A stretch of DNA of 64,000 bases, from positions 18,527 to 82,526 of the forward strand of contig JAJPHT010000004.1 of assembly GCA_021325135.1 (NCBI GenBank), read 5' to 3'. Position numbers and translations under genes: made by a program. Numbering within the stretch: position 1 is the first letter of the stretch; each line of letters begins with the position of its first letter. Below are positions 20,153 through 29,873 of this stretch, in pieces. Under the pieces are notes generated by a model. The model saw only the letters and a list, made by a program, of their open reading frames with translations. It searched no databases and was not told where the DNA came from. This DNA comes from Pseudomonadota bacterium (GTDB taxonomy: Archaea; Thermoplasmatota; SW-10-69-26; JACQPN01; JAJPHT01).

Positions 20153-20270
20153 GGAGCCGGGTGCGATCCTCCACGCTCACGTCGCGGAACGCGCTCAGGA
20201 GCACGGGCTCGCTGCTGTCGCCCTTGACGTAGGCGAGCGCCGCGTCGAGGCGGATCGACTCCTTGTCCAT
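20058..20270 (-). CDS. Small hypothetical protein
   Basis: MDKESIRLDAALAYV..., GGAGG RBS; overlaps the 3' end of the opposite gene. Confidence 0.55.
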   Translation of the reverse strand: MDKESIRLDAALAYVKGDSSEPVLLSAFRDVSVEDRTRLLSRHHRELEAIDEPRLAILESMLLPLEQRHR

Positions 20271-20357
20271 GGGGCCATTCCTCCACCCTGCGCATGCAAG
20301 AACCTTGCGAGGGAGTCGCACGGGGTCCCGGACAGGTGACGGAACGGAGGAACGCTC

Positions 20358-20696
20358 TTGCCCCAGCCGCGCCCTGCGCGGCGCGTGCCCGCCCCCAAGC
20401 GCGGCCCGCGCAAGGCGCCCCGCGCCAAGTCGGAGCCCCAGCCCAAGTTCCCCATCGTCTACGTGAAGTACCACGACCACTGCTGGCTGGAGGCGAGGGA
20501 GCTCAAGAAGATCGAGGTCGCCAAGCCCTTCGTCGTCGAGGAGACGGGCTTCCTCCTCACCGAGACGGAGAAGTTCATCACCCTCGCCAAGGAGCGCAGC
20601 ACGGACGGCGAGAAGGGGAAGGTCCAGTACGACGACGTGACCATCATCATGAAGTCGGACATCCTGGAATTGGAGCGCTACGCGAGGGGGCGATAG
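20358..20696 (+). CDS. Small hypothetical protein (basic N-tail, beta-rich domain)
   Basis: GGAGG RBS plus TTG start; IVYVKYHDH...ETGFLL...ITLA. Confidence 0.7.
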   Translation: MPQPRPARRVPAPKRGPRKAPRAKSEPQPKFPIVYVKYHDHCWLEARELKKIEVAKPFVVEETGFLLTETEKFITLAKERSTDGEKGKVQYDDVTIIMKSDILELERYARGR

Positions 20697-20709
20697 CATC
20701 CCCTTCGAC

Positions 20710-22386
20710 GTGGGCGAGCCCAGCCCGCTGTGGACCGACGAGTTCGGCCAGGCCGCGCCCACGGGCAAGCGCCTCCGCTGCAAGGGGTGGCGCCAGGAGG
20801 CCGCGCTGCGCCTGCTGAACAACAACCTCGACCCCGCCGTCGCGGAGCGCCCCGAGGAGCTCGTCGTCTACGGCGGCATCGGCCGCGCGGCGCGGACGTG
20901 GAAGGACTACGAGCGCATCGTCGAGACGCTCCAGCGCCTGGGCAACGACGAGACGATGCTCGTCCAGAGCGGGCGGCCCGTCGCCGTGTTCCGCACCCAC
21001 GAGCGCGCGCCGCGCGTGCTCATCGCCAACAGCAACCTCGTGCCCCGCTGGGCGACGTGGGAGGAGTTCCGCCGCCTGGAGGCCGAGGGGCTCATGATGT
21101 ACGGCCAGATGACCGCGGGAAGCTGGGCCTACATCGGCACGCAGGGCATCATCCAGGGGACCTACGAGACGTTCGCCGAGTGCGCGCGCCAGCACTTCGG
21201 GGGCTCGCTGAAGGGCCGCGTCGTCCTCACCGCGGGCCTGGGCGGCATGGGCGGCGCGCAGCCCCTGGCCGTCACCATGAACGAGGGCGTCTGCCTCGCC
21301 GTCGAGGTCGACCCCACGCGCATCCAGAAGCGGCTGGAGACGCGCTACCTCATGGAGAAGGCGCGCGACCTGGACGACGCCCTGGAGCGCGTCGCGCGGG
21401 CGAAGAAGGAGGGGCGCGCCCTGAGCGTCGGCCTCGAAGGCAACGCCAGCGACGTCCTGCCCGACCTCGTGCGTCGCGGCTGGACGCCCGACGTCGTCAC
21501 GGACCAGACCAGCGCCCACGACGAGTACAACGGCTACGTGCCCGGCGGCATGGGCCTCGCCAGCGCGCTCGCGCTGCGCGCCCGCGACCCCAAGGAACAC
21601 GCCGTCGCCGCGATCCGCAGCATGGGGCGCCACATGAGCGCGATCCTGGAGATGCAGCGCCGCGGCGCCCGCGCGTTCGACTACGGCAACAACCTCCGCG
21701 GGCAGGCCGTGAAGGCGGGCGTCTCCGAGGCCTTCGCCGTGGGCGGCTTCGTGCCCCTCTACATCCGCCCGCAGTTCTGCGAAGGCCGCGGCCCCTTCCG
21801 CTGGCTTGCCCTCAGCGGCGACAAGGAGGACATCTACAAGACCGACGCCGCGCTGCTGGAGCTTTTCCCCCACGACGAAGGGCTGCGCCGCTGGCTCACC
21901 CTCGCGCAGCGCGACGTCGCGTTCCAGGGGCTCCCCGCCCGCGTGTGCTGGCTGGGCTACGGCGAGCGCGACCGCGCCGCGCTGCGGTTCAACGAGATGG
22001 TGCGCTCCGGCGAGCTCTCCGCCCCCATCGTCATCACGCGCGACCACCTGGACGCGGGCAGCGTCGCCTCGCCCTACCGCGAGACGGAGGCCATGCAGGA
22101 CGGCAGCGACGCCGTGGCCGACTGGCCCATCCTCAACGCGCTGGTGAACGTCGCCGCGGGTGCCGACATCGTATCCTTCCACCACGGGGGCGGCGTCGGC
22201 ATGGGGCTCTCGCTCCACGCCAACATGCACGTCGTCCTCGACGGGAGCAAGCTCGCCGAGGAGAAGGCGCGCGCCGCGTTCCTCACCGACCCGGGCATGG
22301 GCGTCGTGCGCCACGCCGACGCGGGCTACGAGATCGCCAAGCGCGTCGCCCGCGAGCGGGGGCTCGACATGCCCTCCATCGAGTGA
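20710..22386 (+). CDS. hutU: Urocanate hydratase
   Basis: [43 protein letters not shown]. Confidence 0.98.
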   Translation: MGEPSPLWTDEFGQAAPTGKRLRCKGWRQEAALRLLNNNLDPAVAERPEELVVYGGIGRAARTWKDYERIVETLQRLGNDETMLVQSGRPVAVFRTHERAPRVLIANSNLVPRWATWEEFRRLEAEGLMMYGQMTAGSWAYIGTQGIIQGTYETFAECARQHFGGSLKGRVVLTAGLGGMGGAQPLAVTMNEGVCLAVEVDPTRIQKRLETRYLMEKARDLDDALERVARAKKEGRALSVGLEGNASDVLPDLVRRGWTPDVVTDQTSAHDEYNGYVPGGMGLASALALRARDPKEHAVAAIRSMGRHMSAILEMQRRGARAFDYGNNLRGQAVKAGVSEAFAVGGFVPLYIRPQFCEGRGPFRWLALSGDKEDIYKTDAALLELFPHDEGLRRWLTLAQRDVAFQGLPARVCWLGYGERDRAALRFNEMVRSGELSAPIVITRDHLDAGSVASPYRETEAMQDGSDAVADWPILNALVNVAAGADIVSFHHGGGVGMGLSLHANMHVVLDGSKLAEEKARAAFLTDPGMGVVRHADAGYEIAKRVARERGLDMPSIE

Positions 22387-22425
22387 TTCCCGGAGGAGCT
22401 TTAAGCCAACCTATATGCTCATGGG

Positions 22426-22448
22426 GTATCTACCATGCTTGTAGATAC
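22426..22448. promoter_or_regulatory. Palindromic operator upstream of the antitoxin
   Basis: GTATCTAC-N7-GTAGATAC perfect inverted repeat immediately before the ATG; TATA-like CTATATG at 22411. Confidence 0.7.
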
Positions 22449-22449
22449 A

Positions 22450-22677
22450 ATGAACTCCGAGATCAGGAAGTGGGGCAACAGCTACGCCATCCGGGTCCCC
22501 AAGCCGGAGATCGAACGCCTGGGCCTGCACGAGGGGGACCGCGTCGAGGTCGAGCTTCGCAAGGCCGCGGGCCGCCGCAGCCCGAAGGTCTCCCTCGCGG
22601 GCCTTCCCGTGTTCCACGACACGGCCACGGACGTCAGCGCGCGGCACGACGACTACCTCTACGGTGGCCGCGAATGA
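22450..22677 (+). CDS. vapB: AbrB/MazE-fold antitoxin (VapB)
   Basis: IRKWGNSYAIRVPK...GDRVEV; ATGA coupling to the PIN gene. Confidence 0.9.
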   Translation: MNSEIRKWGNSYAIRVPKPEIERLGLHEGDRVEVELRKAAGRRSPKVSLAGLPVFHDTATDVSARHDDYLYGGRE

Positions 22678-23048
22678 GGATCGGCGACACCTCCGCCCTC
22701 TACGCCGCCTTCGTCGCCGAGGACGCGCACCACGCGCGCTCGCGCGCCGCGCTGGAGGACCCGGAGCCCGTGCTCGTGCCCACGGAGATCCTCGCCGAGA
22801 CCATCGCCCTGCTGCAGCGGCGCCTGGGGTTCGAGCCCGCGCGCCAGGCCGGCGCCGCGCTGCGCGCGCTCCCCCACGTCCGCCTCGATGGCGCCTCCCC
22901 CAGCCTCGCCAACGCGGCGTGGGCCGAGTTCGAGCGCGCGGGCGGCCGCCTGAGCCTGCCCGACGCGTTCGTCGTCGCCTGGTGCCGCGCCGAGGGCGCC
23001 TCCCCCCTCTCGTTCGACCAGGGCGTCGTGCGCGCGGCGCGCCGGTAG
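22674..23048 (+). CDS. vapC: PIN-domain toxin (VapC)
   Basis: DTSALYA, ILAE, LSLPDA, SFD acidic PIN residues. Confidence 0.9.
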   Translation: MRIGDTSALYAAFVAEDAHHARSRAALEDPEPVLVPTEILAETIALLQRRLGFEPARQAGAALRALPHVRLDGASPSLANAAWAEFERAGGRLSLPDAFVVAWCRAEGASPLSFDQGVVRAARR

Positions 23049-23049
23049 C

Positions 23050-23289
23050 TCAGTTCAGGCGCGGCCCGCTCCACGCCTTGGGCGTCCGCGCGTGCTCCAG
23101 GACGCGGCTGTGGATCTCCGCCTCCAAGGCCTTCATGCGCGTCTCCAGCTCGCGGGCCAGGAGGCCGTAGTGCTCGGGCTTGAGCCGGCCGCTGGCGAGG
23201 TTCACCCTCGCGCGCTGGAGATCGTTCGACAGGGTCCGCATGCGGACGCCCAGGTCGGCGGGCATCGGGAACGTTCGACGTGCATCCAT
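23050..23289 (-). CDS. Small coiled-coil hypothetical protein
   Basis: 79-aa ORF MDARRTFPM...ELETRMKALEAEI. Confidence 0.55.
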   Translation of the reverse strand: MDARRTFPMPADLGVRMRTLSNDLQRARVNLASGRLKPEHYGLLARELETRMKALEAEIHSRVLEHARTPKAWSGPRLN

Positions 23290-23397
23290 CGGGACGAGGC
23301 CTCGGCCGCCCCTCCCGTTAGGGGCATCGGTCCGGCTCGCCGGCAACGAGGCATGTCGAAACCCTTTCCCGCTGGGGCCTCGGTGGCGGCTCCGCGC

Positions 23398-24339
23398 ATG
23401 CCGGGCGACCTCTTCGCGAGCACCGCGGCGGCCTGGTCGGCCCGCCCCTCCGATCCCCACGACGTGTTCTTCGCCCAGGTCGTCGAGAAGGGCCCCGCAC
23501 GGCCGGACGCCCCGCCCGCGGTCGCCCTTTTCGGCGTCCCCTTCGACGGCGCGGTGCTGGGACGCCCCGGCGCGCGGGAGGGGCCCGACGCGATCCGTCA
23601 CCACATGGCGCGCCTCAAGCCGTGGACCCTAGACGGCGGCGCCATGGACCGCACGATCTACGACTTCGGCAACGTGCGCGTCCCCCACGGCGACGTCGCG
23701 GCGGCGCACCAGGCGACGGAGAGCGCGGCGCTCGCCATCCTCCAGGGGGGCCACTTCCCCGTCGCGCTGGGGGGCGACCACTCGCTGACGTTCCCCCTGG
23801 CGAAGGCCCACGAGGGGCGCGTCCGCAAGCTGGGCGTCATCAACCTGGACGCGCACCTCGACGTGCGGGACGTCTCGGGCGTCCCCAACAGCGGCACCTC
23901 CTTCGGCCGCCTGCTGGACCTGGGCCTCGTGCCCGGCCCGAACCTCGTGGAGGTCGGCCTGAGGGACTTCGCCAACGCGGACGCCTACGCGCGGAAGGCG
24001 CGCAAGGCGGGCGCCACGCTCTTCGGCGCGCAGGAGTGGATCGAGGACCCGCGCGGCGTCCTGCTGCACGCCATCGAGATCGCCAGCCGCGACGCGGAGG
24101 GCGTCTACCTCAGCGTGGACCTCGACGTGCTCGACCAGGCGGAGGCGCCCGGCGTCAGCGCGCCCACCCCCGGCGGCGTCAGCAGCGCGCAGCTCAACGC
24201 CGCCATCCGCCTCATCGCGCAGCGCGCGCCCCTCATAGGCGCCGACTTCATGGAGGTGGCGCCGCCCCTGGACCGCGACGGGACGACCTCCCGCGCGGCG
24301 GCGTTCGCGGTGATGACGCTGCTGGGGGCGATGAAGTGA
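23398..24339 (+). CDS. hutG: Formimidoylglutamase (arginase family)
   Basis: GGDHS, DAHLD, SVDLDVLD, PGVSAP; lies between hutU and hutI. Confidence 0.9.
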   Translation: MPGDLFASTAAAWSARPSDPHDVFFAQVVEKGPARPDAPPAVALFGVPFDGAVLGRPGAREGPDAIRHHMARLKPWTLDGGAMDRTIYDFGNVRVPHGDVAAAHQATESAALAILQGGHFPVALGGDHSLTFPLAKAHEGRVRKLGVINLDAHLDVRDVSGVPNSGTSFGRLLDLGLVPGPNLVEVGLRDFANADAYARKARKAGATLFGAQEWIEDPRGVLLHAIEIASRDAEGVYLSVDLDVLDQAEAPGVSAPTPGGVSSAQLNAAIRLIAQRAPLIGADFMEVAPPLDRDGTTSRAAAFAVMTLLGAMK

Positions 24340-25583
24340 CCGACACCCTCCTGCTCCACCACATCGGGGAGTTGGTCACCCTCGAAGGCGGCGCGCGCCG
24401 CGGCCGCCAGGAGATGAACGACCTGGGCATCGTGAAGGACGCCGCGGTGCTCGTGGAGGACGGCGTCGTCGAGGAGGTGGGCCCCAGCGAGAAGATGCTG
24501 CGCGCCGCGCCCACCGGCGCGGGGAAGATCCACTGCGGGGGGCGCGCCGTCGTGCCCGGCTTCGTGGACGCGCACACGCACGCCGTGTTCGCGGGCGACC
24601 GCGTCGACGAGTTCGAGATGAAGCTCCAGGGCGCGTCCTACGCCGACATCCTGGCGCGGGGCGGCGGCATCCTCCACACGGTGCGCCTGACGCGCGAGGC
24701 GAGCCGCGCCGAGCTTCTCAAGGGCCTGCTCTCGCGCCTCTCCAGCATGATGGAGTACGGCACGACCACCGTCGAGGTGAAGAGCGGCTACGGCCTCGAC
24801 CTGGAGACGGAGAAGCGCCTGCTGGAGGTCTGCCGCGCCGCGGACGAGCGCCACCCCATGGACGTCATCCCCACCTTCCTGGGCGCGCACGCGGTCCCGC
24901 CCGAGTTCTCCAGCAGCCACGAGTACGCGCGCCACGTCGCGGAGAAGATGGTGCCCGAGGTCTCCGACCTCGCGGAGTTCGTGGACGTCTTCTGCGAGAA
25001 GGGCGTCTTCGACCCCGACGACTCGCGCCTCGTGCTGGAGGCCGGCGCGCAGCAGGGCATGCGCGTGAAGGTGCACGCGGACGAGCTTGCCACCTCGGGC
25101 GGCTCGCTCCTGGCCGCGGACCTGGGCGCCGTGAGCGCGGACCACCTCCTGCACGCGGGCCCCAAGGAGCGCGAGGCGCTGGCCGACGCGGACGTGGCGT
25201 GCGTGCTGCTTCCCGCCACCGCGCTCTCCCTCAACGCCCCCTACGCCAACGCGCGGGCGCTCATCGACTCGGGCGCCCTCGTGGCGCTGGGCACCGACAA
25301 CAACCCCAACTGCTACACCGAGAGCATGCCCTTCGTCATGGCGCTCGCATGCCACGGCATGCGCATGAGCCCCGCCGAGGCGCTGGTGGCCGCCACCGTG
25401 AACGCCGCCGCCGCCGTGGGGCGCGAGGACCGCGGCACCATCGAGGAGGGCTCGCTCGCGGACCTCGTGATCCTGGACGCGCCCTCCCATCGCTATCTTC
25501 CGTACCGCTTCGGCATGAACCCGGTCTGGCGCGTGCTCAAGCTGGGCGAGGTCGTCGTGGACTGGTCGAACCGGCGACGGTGA
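24336..25583 (+). CDS. hutI: Imidazolonepropionase
   Basis: PGFVDAHTH, EVKSGYG, FLGAH, KVHADE, ADHL, GTDNNP. Confidence 0.96.
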   Translation: MTDTLLLHHIGELVTLEGGARRGRQEMNDLGIVKDAAVLVEDGVVEEVGPSEKMLRAAPTGAGKIHCGGRAVVPGFVDAHTHAVFAGDRVDEFEMKLQGASYADILARGGGILHTVRLTREASRAELLKGLLSRLSSMMEYGTTTVEVKSGYGLDLETEKRLLEVCRAADERHPMDVIPTFLGAHAVPPEFSSSHEYARHVAEKMVPEVSDLAEFVDVFCEKGVFDPDDSRLVLEAGAQQGMRVKVHADELATSGGSLLAADLGAVSADHLLHAGPKEREALADADVACVLLPATALSLNAPYANARALIDSGALVALGTDNNPNCYTESMPFVMALACHGMRMSPAEALVAATVNAAAAVGREDRGTIEEGSLADLVILDAPSHRYLPYRFGMNPVWRVLKLGEVVVDWSNRRR

Positions 25584-25589
25584 CGGCTC

Positions 25590-25709
25590 CCTTGGTCAGG
25601 GGTCCAAAGAACGCGACGAGCGCGAAGAGCGCCAAGGAGGCGAAGTCTCCTTTCGTCGCGTCCTTGGCGCTCTTCGCGCTCATCGCGTTCTCTGGACCCT
25701 TGACCAGGG
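25590..25709. repeat. ~120-bp near-perfect palindrome (MITE/REPIN-like)
   Basis: Two ~54-bp inverted arms (CCTTGGTCAGGGGTCCAAAGAACGCG.../...CGCGTTCTCTGGACCCTTGACCAGGG) with about 5 mismatches. Confidence 0.85.
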
Positions 25710-25745
25710 AGAGGCCTATCCGCGAGGCGCGCAGGCTCATCTGCC

Positions 25746-26777
25746 ATGGGGCCCCATAGGGAGCGCGTGAAGGTCGAGACCCGCGGCCGCGGCGTGCTGC
25801 TCCCCGACCTCAAGCTCGCGCTGGACACCTCGGCCCCTGGCTTCGAGAGCGTCGTGAGCCACGCCCACGGCGACCACATCCCGTGGGACGCGCGCCACGC
25901 GTGGGCCTCGCCCGAGACAGCCGACCTGCTCGCGATCCGCAAGCCCGACCTGCGCGTGACGACGCTCCCCTGGCGCGAGCCCGCGAAGGTGGGCCGCGCG
26001 AAGGTGACGCTCCTCCCGGCGGGCCACATCCTGGGCTCCGCGCTCACGCTGGTGGAGTCGCCCGAGGGGGAGCGCCTCCTCTACACGGCCGACACCAAGA
26101 CGCGCCCCGCGCTCACGACGCCCACCGCGGAGTTCCCCGAGGCGGACGCGCTCGTGGTGGAGTCCACCTTCGGGCTTCCCATCTATCATTTCCCGCCCAC
26201 GGAGGCGCTGCGCGCGACCGCGGCGCGCTGGGCGAAGGAGACGATCGCCGCGGGCGAGGTGCCCGTCTTCCTGGGCTACGCGCTGGGCAAGGGGCAGGAG
26301 CTTCTCGCGATCCTCCACGAGGGGGGCGTCCCCACCGTCGCGCACGGCGCGGTGTGGGCCATGTGCCAGGCCTACGAGCGCCACGGCGTGAGCTTCCCCA
26401 CGACGCGCCCCTACGAGCCGGGCAAGGTCGAAGGCGCCGCGCTGGTCGTGCCCGGCAGCTTCCGCGAGCACCCCATGGTGACGAAGCTCGACGCGCGCCT
26501 CGCCTACTGCTCCGGCTGGGCGATGCTATCGAAATCGCGCGTCCAGATGGATGCCGACCTCCTGCTGCCGCTCTCGGACCACGCCGACTATCCGGGCCTC
26601 CTGGAGATCGTGGAGAAGGTGCGGCCGCGGAAGGTCTACGCGAACCACGGCTACGCCGACGTGCTGGCCCACCTCCTGCGCAAGCGCGGCCTCGACGCGG
26701 CGCCCCTGAGCGTCGGGCACGTGGACGAGGACGAGGGCGGGACGGGGCAGACGACGCTGGAGGGGCGCTCCGCGTGA
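25746..26777 (+). CDS. Ligase-associated metallo-beta-lactamase/beta-CASP exonuclease
   Basis: SHAHGDH, AGHILG, ESTFG, YALGKGQ, LSDHAD, HG; coupled to the ligase. Confidence 0.9.
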   Translation: MGPHRERVKVETRGRGVLLPDLKLALDTSAPGFESVVSHAHGDHIPWDARHAWASPETADLLAIRKPDLRVTTLPWREPAKVGRAKVTLLPAGHILGSALTLVESPEGERLLYTADTKTRPALTTPTAEFPEADALVVESTFGLPIYHFPPTEALRATAARWAKETIAAGEVPVFLGYALGKGQELLAILHEGGVPTVAHGAVWAMCQAYERHGVSFPTTRPYEPGKVEGAALVVPGSFREHPMVTKLDARLAYCSGWAMLSKSRVQMDADLLLPLSDHADYPGLLEIVEKVRPRKVYANHGYADVLAHLLRKRGLDAAPLSVGHVDEDEGGTGQTTLEGRSA

Positions 26778-28459
26778 GGTTCCGCGACGTGGCGGAGGCC
26801 GCGGAGGCGGTGGGCAACGTCCGCGGCACGCACGCCAAGCGGGACGTCGTCGCGGCGCTCCTCGTCCGGGCGGACGACGCGAGCCTGCCCCACGCCGCGC
26901 GCTTCCTCTCCGGCTCGCCCTTCGCGCGGGCCGACGACCGCGTCCTCCAGGTGGGGTGGGCCACGCTCCAGCGCGCGGCCCTGGCGATCGTCCCCTTCGA
27001 CGAGACGGTCTGGCACGCGTGCCACCGCGCGACGGGCGACACGGGCGAGACGCTGGGCCTCCTCGTGGGCGCGTACCCGCCCAAGCGGCAGAGCGCGCAG
27101 CGCACCCTCGTCGACCTGGGCGGCGCGGAGGAGATGAGCGTGGAGGAGGCGGCGCAGACCTACGCGCGCCTCGCCGCCGCGACCGCCGCCGCGAAGCCGA
27201 AGCTGCTGGAGGACGCCTGGCGCCGCATGAGCGCCATCGAGGTGAAGTACTTCACCAAGGTCATGACCGGCGGCATGCGCATCGGCCTCGCGGAATCGCT
27301 CGTGGAGGAGGCCATCGCCAAGGCCTTCGGCCGCGACGTCGCCGCGGTGCGCCAGGCCAACATGATATCAGGCGACGTGGGCGAGACCGCGCTCCAGGCG
27401 AGGCGCGGCCGCCTGGGCGAGGCCGTCTTCCGCATGTTCCACCCCCTGGGCTTCATGCTGGCGAACCCCCTGGACGAGGCGCCGGACGACCCCACACCCT
27501 ACGCGGTGGAGGACAAGCTGGACGGCATCCGCGCGCAGCTCCACGCGACGCCCGGCCGCGCCGAGGTCTACACGCGCACCCTGGAGGAGGCGGGCGAGTT
27601 CCCCGAGATCGTGGACGCCGCGAAGCGCATCGGCCACGAGGTCGTGCTCGACGGCGAGGTGATCGCGGTGAGGGCCGACGGAAGGGTGGCGCCCTTCGCG
27701 CTGCTCCAGAGGAGGCTGGGCCGCAAGCTCGTGAGCGCCGCCCTGCGCGCCGAGGTGCCCGTGCGCTACGTCGCCTACGACGTGCTCTTCCTGGACGGCG
27801 AGCCCATCTACCGCAAGCCGTGGACGGAGCGCCGCGCCGCGCTGGAGTCCCTGGGCCTCTCGGGGCTCCTGGGCGTCTCGCCCTGGCGGCGCCTGGCGAC
27901 GAAGGCCGAGGCCGAGGCAGCCTTCGAGGAGTCGCGCGCCCGCGGCAACGAGGGCCTCATGTTCAAGCGCGTCGAGTCGCCCTACGAGCTGGGCAAGCGC
28001 GGCAACCAGTGGCTGAAGCTGAAGCGCGCCTTCGCGACGCTGGACGTCGTCGTCACGGCCGCCGAGGTGGGGCACGGCAAGCGCGCGGGCCTCCTCAGCG
28101 ACGTGACCTTCGCCGTGCGCGACGAGGGGGGCGGCCTGGCGAACGTGGGCAAGGCGTACACGGGCCTCACCGACGAGGAGATCCGCCGCATGACCGCGCT
28201 CCTCAAGCAGATCACGCTGGAGCGCTACGGGAGCGTCCACGTCGTGCGCCCCGAGATCGTCCTGGAGGTCGCCTTCGACAGCGTGACGCGCAGCAGGCGC
28301 CACAAGTCGGGCTACGCGCTGCGCTTCCCCCGCATCGCGCGCTGGCGCACCGACAAGCCCCCCTCCGAGATCGATACCGTGGCGCGCGTCGAGGAGCTTT
28401 GGAGGCTCTCGGGCGGGGCCGAAACGAGCGAAGCGAGCGAGGCGCGGTCGAGGCGCTAG
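26774..28459 (+). CDS. lig: ATP-dependent DNA ligase
   Basis: EDKLDG (KxDG), LDGE, YD, EGLMFK, WLKLK, LRFPR. Confidence 0.95.
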   Translation: MRFRDVAEAAEAVGNVRGTHAKRDVVAALLVRADDASLPHAARFLSGSPFARADDRVLQVGWATLQRAALAIVPFDETVWHACHRATGDTGETLGLLVGAYPPKRQSAQRTLVDLGGAEEMSVEEAAQTYARLAAATAAAKPKLLEDAWRRMSAIEVKYFTKVMTGGMRIGLAESLVEEAIAKAFGRDVAAVRQANMISGDVGETALQARRGRLGEAVFRMFHPLGFMLANPLDEAPDDPTPYAVEDKLDGIRAQLHATPGRAEVYTRTLEEAGEFPEIVDAAKRIGHEVVLDGEVIAVRADGRVAPFALLQRRLGRKLVSAALRAEVPVRYVAYDVLFLDGEPIYRKPWTERRAALESLGLSGLLGVSPWRRLATKAEAEAAFEESRARGNEGLMFKRVESPYELGKRGNQWLKLKRAFATLDVVVTAAEVGHGKRAGLLSDVTFAVRDEGGGLANVGKAYTGLTDEEIRRMTALLKQITLERYGSVHVVRPEIVLEVAFDSVTRSRRHKSGYALRFPRIARWRTDKPPSEIDTVARVEELWRLSGGAETSEASEARSRR

Positions 28460-28548
28460 CTTCGGCCAGCGGCGGCGCCCTTGGATAACAACCGAACCAC
28501 AACGGGCATCCCGGGCCTGACGGGTCATCCCCAACGAGGTCTGGTTCG

Positions 28549-29127
28549 ATGGTGGCCCTTGCTTCCGGCCCGATCCTGACGCCCGCTCCCCGCACCCGGC
28601 GCGCCGGGCTTGCCCAGCAGGAGCGCATCGTCGCCATCGTGCGCGCGGCCCCCGGGCTCCTCGTGGGCGAGCTGCAGCAGCGCGCCCAGATCGGGTGGGG
28701 CACGCTCTGCCACCACCTCCCGCGCCTCGTCGAGGCGGGCCGCATCCGCGTCGTCCGCGTCGGGCGCCGCCGCCTGGTCTACCCCATCGAGGCCCGCGGC
28801 GCCGCGGAAGCCAGCTGCGCCGACGCGATCCTGCGCGGCAAGACGGCGCGCCGCATCGCCGAGGCCATCCACGCGCGCCCCGGCTCCTCCGTCTCCGGCG
28901 TCGCGTTCGAGGCCGGCGAGTCCGAGCGCGCGACCTACTACCACGTCCGGCGCCTCATCCAGGTGGGGCTCGTGACCTCCGGCTCCGCGACGCGCCTGAA
29001 GGACCTGCGCCCCGCGCCCGGCCTCGCGGCCCGCCTTGAGGCCGAGGCCGCTGCCGCCGCGCCCGCGTCCGCGCCCCTGGCGGCTCCGCAAGCTATTCAA
29101 CCACGCCTCGCCGTCGGCGCCTCGTGA
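28549..29127 (+). CDS. Double winged-HTH transcriptional regulator
   Basis: Two ArsR-like HTHs (GTLCHHLPRL; RATYYHVRRL). Confidence 0.75.
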   Translation: MVALASGPILTPAPRTRRAGLAQQERIVAIVRAAPGLLVGELQQRAQIGWGTLCHHLPRLVEAGRIRVVRVGRRRLVYPIEARGAAEASCADAILRGKTARRIAEAIHARPGSSVSGVAFEAGESERATYYHVRRLIQVGLVTSGSATRLKDLRPAPGLAARLEAEAAAAAPASAPLAAPQAIQPRLAVGAS

Positions 29128-29813
29128 TCCGGCGCAGCGGCGGCGACTGGGACTCCGTGGGCATCAACCACAAGACGCTCCACGTCCTGGCCTACTCGTG
29201 GCACAACAAGCTGCTCGCGCGCACCAAGGGACTGGAGCACCTGCCGCGCACGGGCGGCTTCCTCTACGCCGGCAACCACACCTCGTGGTGGGACCCCATC
29301 CTCATGTCCGCCACGTTCGAGCGCCCCGTGCACTACCTGGCCAAGCACAGCGTCGCCAAGGGCCCCATCTCCAAGTGGTTCTTCTTCCAGAGCGGCGGCG
29401 CCATCCCCGTGGACCGCAACGCGCGCAACCCCGAGGCCTACCGCGCCGCGGTCACCGCGCTGAAGAACGGCCAGATCGTGGGCATCTTCCCCGAGGCCAC
29501 GCGCTACGTGGGCCAGCTCGGCCCCGCGAAGACGGGCGTCGCGCGCCTCGCGCTGGAGGCCGGCGTCCCCGTCATCCCCGCCGCCTTCGCGACGGACCGG
29601 TTCTGGCCCCCGAAGAAGACGCTCCCCGATTTGCGCGAGACGGTCTACATCCACATCGGCGCGCCCATGCGCTTCAGCGGCGACGCGCAGGACGAGGCCG
29701 TCGCGCGCAAGGTCACCGACGAGATCATGGCCGAGATCGGACGCCTGCTGCGAGAGGCCAAGGCGGCGCGCGACGCCAAGGAGCCCTGGCCGAAGGTGCG
29801 GGGGATGCAGTAG
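29124..29813 (+). CDS. plsC: PlsC-family lysophospholipid acyltransferase
   Basis: NHTSWWD (HxxxxD), IPVDR, FPEATR, GVARLA, PVIP. Confidence 0.9.
   Translation: MIRRSGGDWDSVGINHKTLHVLAYSWHNKLLARTKGLEHLPRTGGFLYAGNHTSWWDPILMSATFERPVHYLAKHSVAKGPISKWFFFQSGGAIPVDRNARNPEAYRAAVTALKNGQIVGIFPEATRYVGQLGPAKTGVARLALEAGVPVIPAAFATDRFWPPKKTLPDLRETVYIHIGAPMRFSGDAQDEAVARKVTDEIMAEIGRLLREAKAARDAKEPWPKVRGMQ
29765..29808 (+). repeat. 44-bp direct repeat, copy 1 (3' end of plsC)
   Basis: Identical to 30960-31003. Confidence 0.9.
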
Positions 29814-29873
29814 AGAGGATCGAAAGAAGAAGCGCGCCTCCCGTGCGGGCGGTCATCGGCGCTTTGGCGGGGC

